Shown here: in pieces, positions 58,598-64,000 of the stretch | Position numbering within the stretch: position 1 is the first letter of the stretch | How the letters are laid out: each line of letters begins with the position of its first letter | DNA from: Bacteroidota bacterium | GTDB taxonomy: Bacteria > Bacteroidota > Bacteroidia > Chitinophagales > Chitinophagaceae | Direction: 5' to 3' | NCBI GenBank assembly: GCA_013289065.1 | Contig: JABDAP010000001.1 | Location: forward strand, 4,369-68,368 | DNA: 64,000 nucleotides | Made by a program: the position numbers and the translations under genes | The notes under the pieces: model-generated | Told to the model about the DNA's origin: nothing | Seen by the model: the letters and a program-made list of their open reading frames with translations, nothing else | Databases searched by the model: none

Positions 58598-61114
58598 ATG
58601 GAACTGACATCTTTCTGGCAATACGATTCAAAAGAAGTAATGAATGAGCTCAAAACCACTGATAACGGGCTCTCAGCAACGGAAGCTGCTAAACGTGTGG
58701 CAGCAAATACAGAAAAGAAAAAAACAAAGAACCCGGTTGTACAGGATGTATTGTTGTTTCTATCACAGTTTAAAAGCCCGTTAACACTTTTATTGGTAGC
58801 CGCAGTAGTATTGTCTGCTTTGCTTGGCGAAACATCAGATGTATACATCATTTTATTCATTCTGCTGGCAACGGGCATCATGAGTTTTATACAGGAAAGG
58901 AACGCTGGGGCAGCGGTAGAAAAATTAAGATCCATTATCCGCACCAAAGTAAAAGTGATACGCGATGGCAAAGAAACCAGTGTATTTACAGAAGAGGTAG
59001 CGCAGGGAGATATATTGAATTTTTCTGCGGGTGATATCATTCCTGCCGATTGCTTATTGTTTGAGGAAAAGGATCTTCATGTTAATGAAGCAACACTTAC
59101 CGGTGAAACATATCCTGCCGAAAAAGCGGTTGGCGTTGTACCCGCCGAAACAGGCATATCAAAAAGAACCAACACATTATTTGAAGGAACCAGTGTTGTA
59201 AGCGGCTCCGGAAAAGGCGTTGCGGTGCTGACAGGAAAAGACACCGTGTTCGGGAATATTTCTGCGAGCCTGTCGAAACCCGCAGAAGAAACAGCATTTG
59301 AAGCAGGTATCCGGAAATTTGGTTATCTCTTAATGCAGATAACGATCGTGCTTGCCGTGATCATTCTGGCTGTTAATATTTATTTCGGCAAGCCATTGAT
59401 CGATTCATTGTTATTTGGATTGGCGCTGGCAGTGGGTATGGCACCGGAACTGTTGCCTGCTATTATGACGATCGCCATGTCGGCCGGTGCAAAAAGAATG
59501 GCTGCACAGAAAGTGATCGTAAAAAAATTATCATCGATACAGAACCTGGGCGAGGTAAATCTTTTTTGTTCTGATAAAACAGGAACATTGACAGAAGGCG
59601 TATTAAAGGTTTCATCGATCGTTGGGATCGATGGAAAAGACAATGCATCTGTAAAAGAAATGGCTTTCTTAAATGCCAGTTTCGAAACCGGATTCTCCAA
59701 CCCGATGGATGATGCATTACGCGCGCTCACAGATGTTTCAACAGAGGGTTATACCAAAACAGATGAGATACCTTATGATTTTTCGCGTAAATGTTTGAGT
59801 GTATCGGTTTGTAAAGCGGATCAATGCCGCATCATTACCAAGGGTGCGTTAAATAATATCATCGCCAAATGCACACAGGTTTTGCAGGCTGATGGGTCAA
59901 CCACACCGATCGATAATGAAAAAGAAAAGATCAACCAGTTATATCAGCAATACAGCAACCAGGGTTTCAGAACAATTGGTGTTTGTTATAAAATGATCGA
60001 TAAAGAAAAAGAAATATCGCCTGAAGATGAGCAACAGATGGTATTTGCAGGGTTTGTCCTGTTATTCGACCCGCCAAAAGAAGGCGTGGTAGACGTGATA
60101 AACGAATTAAAAAAGAACGGCGTTACACTCAAGATCATTACGGGTGATAATAAATTAGTAGCCACATTTATTGCAGATAAAATGGGCCTGAAGAATTGTA
60201 TTGTTATATCGGGCGACGAGATCAATAAAATGAGCCCGGAAGCCCTGGTGCAAAAAGTACAGGAAGCCAATGTGTTTGCAGAGATCGAACCGCAGCAGAA
60301 AGAGAACATCATCAAAGCATTCCGCAAAGCAGGAAATACGGTGGCTTATATGGGCGACGGGATCAATGATGTGGCCGCCATCAATGCAGCCGACGTAGGT
60401 ATTTCAACCAACAATGCAGTGGATGTTGCCAAAGAAGCAGCCGATGTGGTGTTACTTGAAAAAGATCTTGCCGTTTTAAATGCCGGCATTCTCGAAGGAA
60501 GAAGAACTTTTTTAAACACGCTGAAATATATCTACACCAATACCAGCGCCACTTTTGGAAACATGTTCAGCATGGCAGGCGCTTCATTGATATTGCCATT
60601 CTTGCCCATGTTGCCGCAACAGATCCTGATGACAAACTTTTTAACAGATTTCCCATACATGGCCGTTGCCGCAGATAATGTGGATGAAGATCAACTGATG
60701 GTTCCGCAAAAATGGAATATCAAACAGTTAAAGAATTTCATGATCGTATTCGGGCTGCACAGTTCGGTGTTCGACTACCTTACTTTTTATGCGCTCTATA
60801 AATTATTCAAAGCAGATGCCGATATGTTTCATACCGGCTGGTTCATAGAATCTATCTGCACAGAATTGCTGATCTTATTCGTGGTACGCACACATAAATC
60901 ATTATTAAAAAGTATGCCGGGCAAATTATTGATCGCGCTGAGCGCTCTCGGGTTGGTGATCACACTTGCACTTCCTTTTATGCCATTTGCTGCAAGCCTT
61001 GGTTTTGTAGTACCGCCTTTTAAACTGATGGGCATTATCGCGGGAATACTGGCACTGTATGTAATTACAGCAGATATGATCAAAGTAATATTTTTCAAAA
61101 AAACTTATATATAG
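58598..61114 (+). CDS. mgtA: Magnesium-translocating P-type ATPase
   Basis: TGET, AVGMAPELLP, DKTGTLT, TKGA, DPPK, TGDN, MGDGIND, TFGNMFS. Confidence 0.93.
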   Translation: MELTSFWQYDSKEVMNELKTTDNGLSATEAAKRVAANTEKKKTKNPVVQDVLLFLSQFKSPLTLLLVAAVVLSALLGETSDVYIILFILLATGIMSFIQERNAGAAVEKLRSIIRTKVKVIRDGKETSVFTEEVAQGDILNFSAGDIIPADCLLFEEKDLHVNEATLTGETYPAEKAVGVVPAETGISKRTNTLFEGTSVVSGSGKGVAVLTGKDTVFGNISASLSKPAEETAFEAGIRKFGYLLMQITIVLAVIILAVNIYFGKPLIDSLLFGLALAVGMAPELLPAIMTIAMSAGAKRMAAQKVIVKKLSSIQNLGEVNLFCSDKTGTLTEGVLKVSSIVGIDGKDNASVKEMAFLNASFETGFSNPMDDALRALTDVSTEGYTKTDEIPYDFSRKCLSVSVCKADQCRIITKGALNNIIAKCTQVLQADGSTTPIDNEKEKINQLYQQYSNQGFRTIGVCYKMIDKEKEISPEDEQQMVFAGFVLLFDPPKEGVVDVINELKKNGVTLKIITGDNKLVATFIADKMGLKNCIVISGDEINKMSPEALVQKVQEANVFAEIEPQQKENIIKAFRKAGNTVAYMGDGINDVAAINAADVGISTNNAVDVAKEAADVVLLEKDLAVLNAGILEGRRTFLNTLKYIYTNTSATFGNMFSMAGASLILPFLPMLPQQILMTNFLTDFPYMAVAADNVDEDQLMVPQKWNIKQLKNFMIVFGLHSSVFDYLTFYALYKLFKADADMFHTGWFIESICTELLILFVVRTHKSLLKSMPGKLLIALSALGLVITLALPFMPFAASLGFVVPPFKLMGIIAGILALYVITADMIKVIFFKKTYI

Positions 61115-61204
61115 AATCCTGTATTAAAAATTGGTAGGATTTGTGCAGCTTTTGTAAATGCTTTTTTGTCTTAAGGTTCCCGTTGCAACCTTAAGATCAA
61201 AAAA

Positions 61205-62110
61205 ATGAAAAGATCGCTCCTGCTCTTTGTTTGCAGCTTTACTATTCTGTTAGCGCAAGCCAAACCTGTTCACGCAAAAAATTTTGAAGACTCTATTTCC
61301 ATCAGAACAACCAAACTGGAAGGCAACCTGTATTTTATTGATTGTGTAAATGGTTTCGGCGGAGGTAATGTAACTGCATCCATTGGTGAAGACGGGATAC
61401 TTCTCGCAGACGATATGTATGCAATGATGTCGGGCAAACTAAAAGCTGCTTTACACAATATTTCAGACAAACCGATCAGGATCATCCTCAATTCACATTT
61501 TCACGGCGATCATATCCAGGGCAACAAAGAGTTTCAGAATTCTTCTATCATCATTGCGCATGAAAATGTAAGCAAACGGTTACTCCTGAATAATAAACCA
61601 ACCGCTCCTACTATGGGGATGATGCCGTTTGTTACATTCCGTGACAGCCTTACAATACATTTCAATGGCGAAGATATTCAGATGATCCATTTCCCCAACA
61701 GCCATACTGATGGCGATGCGATGATCTACTTTACAAAATCAAAACTGATCCATTTGGGTGATATGTTCTTTTTTGGCATGTTCCCCGCGGTATATACGGA
61801 AGGCGGTGGAAATATCAAACAACTCATCGTTTCTATAGAACAGATCTTACAAAGAATTCCCGCAGATGTACGCGTGATCCCCGGCCATGGCGAAGTAGCC
61901 ACTATGCATGATCTTTCCGAGTATGTAACTATGCTGAAAGAAACAGTTCATATTGTTGAGACGAATATGAATAATGGTAAAACATTGCAACAAATGCAAC
62001 AGGAGAAAGTATTGTCCAAATACAATGCCCTCGGCGATGGCGGCGCACAAACAACCGATCAATACCTTGCTATGCTATATAAATTGTTATCAGTTGAAAA
62101 GAAGAGTTAA
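61205..62110 (+). CDS. Secreted MBL-fold hydrolase (cyclase-like)
   Basis: NSHFHGDH, SHTDGD, HLGD, IPGHG. Confidence 0.9.
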   Translation: MKRSLLLFVCSFTILLAQAKPVHAKNFEDSISIRTTKLEGNLYFIDCVNGFGGGNVTASIGEDGILLADDMYAMMSGKLKAALHNISDKPIRIILNSHFHGDHIQGNKEFQNSSIIIAHENVSKRLLLNNKPTAPTMGMMPFVTFRDSLTIHFNGEDIQMIHFPNSHTDGDAMIYFTKSKLIHLGDMFFFGMFPAVYTEGGGNIKQLIVSIEQILQRIPADVRVIPGHGEVATMHDLSEYVTMLKETVHIVETNMNNGKTLQQMQQEKVLSKYNALGDGGAQTTDQYLAMLYKLLSVEKKS

Positions 62111-62174
62111 CTTATTGTATCGCCACAGATTCACAGATCTTCACTGATTAATACCAGATAGTTTAATCGCAAAG

Positions 62175-62212
62175 CAAAGCCGCAAAGGATATTCTTTGCG
62201 GCTTTGTTTTTT
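62175..62212. terminator. Probable bidirectional Rho-independent terminator
   Basis: CAAAGCCGCAAAG/CTTTGCGGCTTTG stem with T-tract between convergent genes; flanked by a CACAGAT repeat (62121-62150) and an octamer repeat (62221-62258). Confidence 0.75.
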
Positions 62213-62259
62213 ATCTGAATAAATTCCAAAATTTCCCAATTATACTTTCCAAAATTTCT

Positions 62260-63195
62260 CTAAGTTGTCTTCTGCATTTCCTTCATCTTCACCATCGCCA
62301 TGATCTGCCGCATATTATTTTCCATGCCTTCGGGGCTTCCATCCAAGAAAATAATGTTGCCCTTACCTACTTCAGCAAAATTTTTAATCGCTTCTGTCCA
62401 CATACTGAATAAGATCACATTGGTATCGAGATTGGCCTGTTTCATTTGTTCAGCCGCCTGGCTCATGCCCTTGGCCACTTCTTCGCGGAAGAGCGCCACA
62501 CCTTGTCCGCGTAACCGCGCCGCTTCTTTTTCTGCATTCGCTGAGATCTTTATCGCATTACCTTCTGCTTCTGCCGCTTTTGTTTTGGTGATGAGCAATG
62601 CCTGCCCTTCATTTTCTGCAGCGGCTTTTAAATTATTGCTTGCCACTACCCTGCTCATACTTTCCATGATCACCTGGTCGAAAGTGATATCATTGATCTG
62701 CAGATCCTGCAAATGATAACCCCATCCTTCTAATGAAATATCGATCTGTTGTTTCACAAATTCAACGATCTCTCTGCGCAATAATAAGATCTCCGCCTGT
62801 TTTTTTGTTGCCACAAACCCGCGTATGCTTCCTTCCACTGTGCGGATCAGTGCCTGCATCAGATCTTTATCACTGATAAATTTGAACGCCACATTCTTGA
62901 TCGATTCCTCATCCTGGTTAATAACGGAATAAAGCAGCATACTTTTAAAATACACATTGGCCTGGTCGAGCGTAACGGCCTGGAACTCCAGTTCAACCGA
63001 GCGGTTCTGTATGCTGACCGTTTTAAAAACCTGTTCGAGTATAGGAATTTTAAAATTCAAACCGGGCCGTAAAATGCGCCTGTATTTTCCAAACATAGTT
63101 ACTACGGCAATGGTTCCCTGGTTAACTGTAACGAGTCCGCTGAAAAGAATAAAGAGGGCAACGAGTACCCACCAATATTGTGCAAGCAAATTCAT
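62260..63195 (-). CDS. SPFH/band 7 domain protein
   Basis: N-terminal TM, FGKY..ILRPGLNFKIP, LQINDI, AAENEG coiled coil. Confidence 0.93.
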   Translation of the reverse strand: MNLLAQYWWVLVALFILFSGLVTVNQGTIAVVTMFGKYRRILRPGLNFKIPILEQVFKTVSIQNRSVELEFQAVTLDQANVYFKSMLLYSVINQDEESIKNVAFKFISDKDLMQALIRTVEGSIRGFVATKKQAEILLLRREIVEFVKQQIDISLEGWGYHLQDLQINDITFDQVIMESMSRVVASNNLKAAAENEGQALLITKTKAAEAEGNAIKISANAEKEAARLRGQGVALFREEVAKGMSQAAEQMKQANLDTNVILFSMWTEAIKNFAEVGKGNIIFLDGSPEGMENNMRQIMAMVKMKEMQKTT

Positions 63196-63255
63196 GATGT
63201 TGATTTTTATCTAAGTTACAATGTTAGTAGTGAAAAGGGTTAGTTTATTACAGCC

Positions 63256-63332
63256 GTGAGTCGTCAGTCGTAAGACGTCAGTAAAAAAAACTCACGATTC
63301 ATACTCACGACTCACGTCTCACGCCTCACGAC
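63256..63332. repeat. GTSAGWC heptamer repeats in inverted arrangement
   Basis: gtgagtcgtcagtcgtaagacgtcagt...ctcacgattcatactcacgactcacgtctcacgcctcacgact. Confidence 0.8.
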
Positions 63333-64000
63333 TATGCGTTTTCTTCCCAAACCTGCACCAACATCACCAGCATTTCAACCGCTTTCTCCATATCGCGTAC
63401 GCCTATCCATTCATGTTTACTGTGAATGGCCTGCATACCGGTGAATAAATTCGGACAGGGCAAGCCCATAAAACTCAATCTGCTTCCATCCGTACCGCCG
63501 CGAATAGGTTCTTTGACCACGGTTAAACCAATACGCCTGTAGGCTTCTTCTGCATGTTTGGTTACTTGCGGATGCCGGTCAAGTATCTCTTTCATGTTAC
63601 GATACTGTTCATGCACATCAAACTCCATCGAAGCGCTTGGATATTCTGACAGAACAGTTTGTGCAATATTTCTTAAACGGTTTTCATGAACTGCCAGTTG
63701 TTTTGTATCAAAATCACGAACGATACATTCGAGTGTTGCTTTTTCTGCCGATCCTTCCATCCGCAATGGATGAACAAATCCCTGTTTGGCATCCGTTGTT
63801 TCAGGCGACCATTCCTGTTTCGGCAAGGCTGTTAAAATTTCTCCCGCAACTTTCAACGCATTCACCATTTTATTTTTCGCATAACCCGGATGTGATATTA
63901 CACCATGGATCGTGATCACAACACCATCGGCGCTGAATGTTTCATCTTCAAGTGTTCCAAGTTCGCCGCCATCTAATGTATACGCATAATCGGCGCCAAG
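63332..64000 (-). CDS. pepT: Peptidase T, C-terminal part (starts beyond window end)
   Basis: AYTLDGG..G.LEDETFSA, HPGYAK..MVNA, QYRNM, PIRGGTDGSRLSFMGLPCPNLFTG. Confidence 0.95.
   Translation of the reverse strand, partial: LGADYAYTLDGGELGTLEDETFSADGVVITIHGVISHPGYAKNKMVNALKVAGEILTALPKQEWSPETTDAKQGFVHPLRMEGSAEKATLECIVRDFDTKQLAVHENRLRNIAQTVLSEYPSASMEFDVHEQYRNMKEILDRHPQVTKHAEEAYRRIGLTVVKEPIRGGTDGSRLSFMGLPCPNLFTGMQAIHSKHEWIGVRDMEKAVEMLVMLVQVWEENA

Noticed and set aside
43469-62110. The two MBL-fold proteins as beta-lactamases
   Set aside because: Their motifs fit the RomA/NAPE-PLD-like and cyclase-like subfamilies; resistance cannot be claimed from fold alone.
1-64000. rRNA, tRNA, transposase, integrase or prophage genes
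   Set aside because: No recognisable motifs; intergenic gaps are short and explained by repeats or promoters. DUF1398 alone is not evidence of a prophage.

Overview
64-kb bacterial chromosomal window. Gene content and TAnnTTTG promoter elements point to Bacteroidota, most likely Chitinophagaceae (inference). The flanks hold ordinary housekeeping and envelope genes. Left: two TonB-dependent receptors, purC, trhO, a DUF5686 protein, a penicillin acylase and ispH. Right: cmk, mrp, hbd, ribD, prmC, exbBD, mgtA and pepT. Between ispH and cmk (~12.7-46.5 kb) lies an accessory array of about 42 mostly short, unrelated genes, all on the + strand except one intact gene and one remnant. In the first 13 kb of this array, seven intergenic regions carry a co-oriented motif, AAAACATCA-N5-7-TTT(T)GTAYATTTATTCAG (one copy partial). 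Several copies sit within decayed ~150-bp elements whose ends resemble integron attC cores. I read this as an eroded integron-like cassette array with no integrase in the window, and it is my lead candidate for an undescribed system. One unit of the array is an AT-rich, Menshen-like anti-phage operon (DUF262, ABC ATPase, putative nuclease). Other points of interest: a YHYH / MORN-variant / SCO putative copper module, an APCDD1-like protein, an uncalled 52-aa membrane protein, two pseudogenes, apparently leaderless housekeeping genes, and many 7-9-bp-period tandem or palindromic repeats and MITE-like elements, one inside prmC. No rRNA, tRNA, CRISPR array, transposase or integrase was seen. All family calls come from motif recognition, not database searches.
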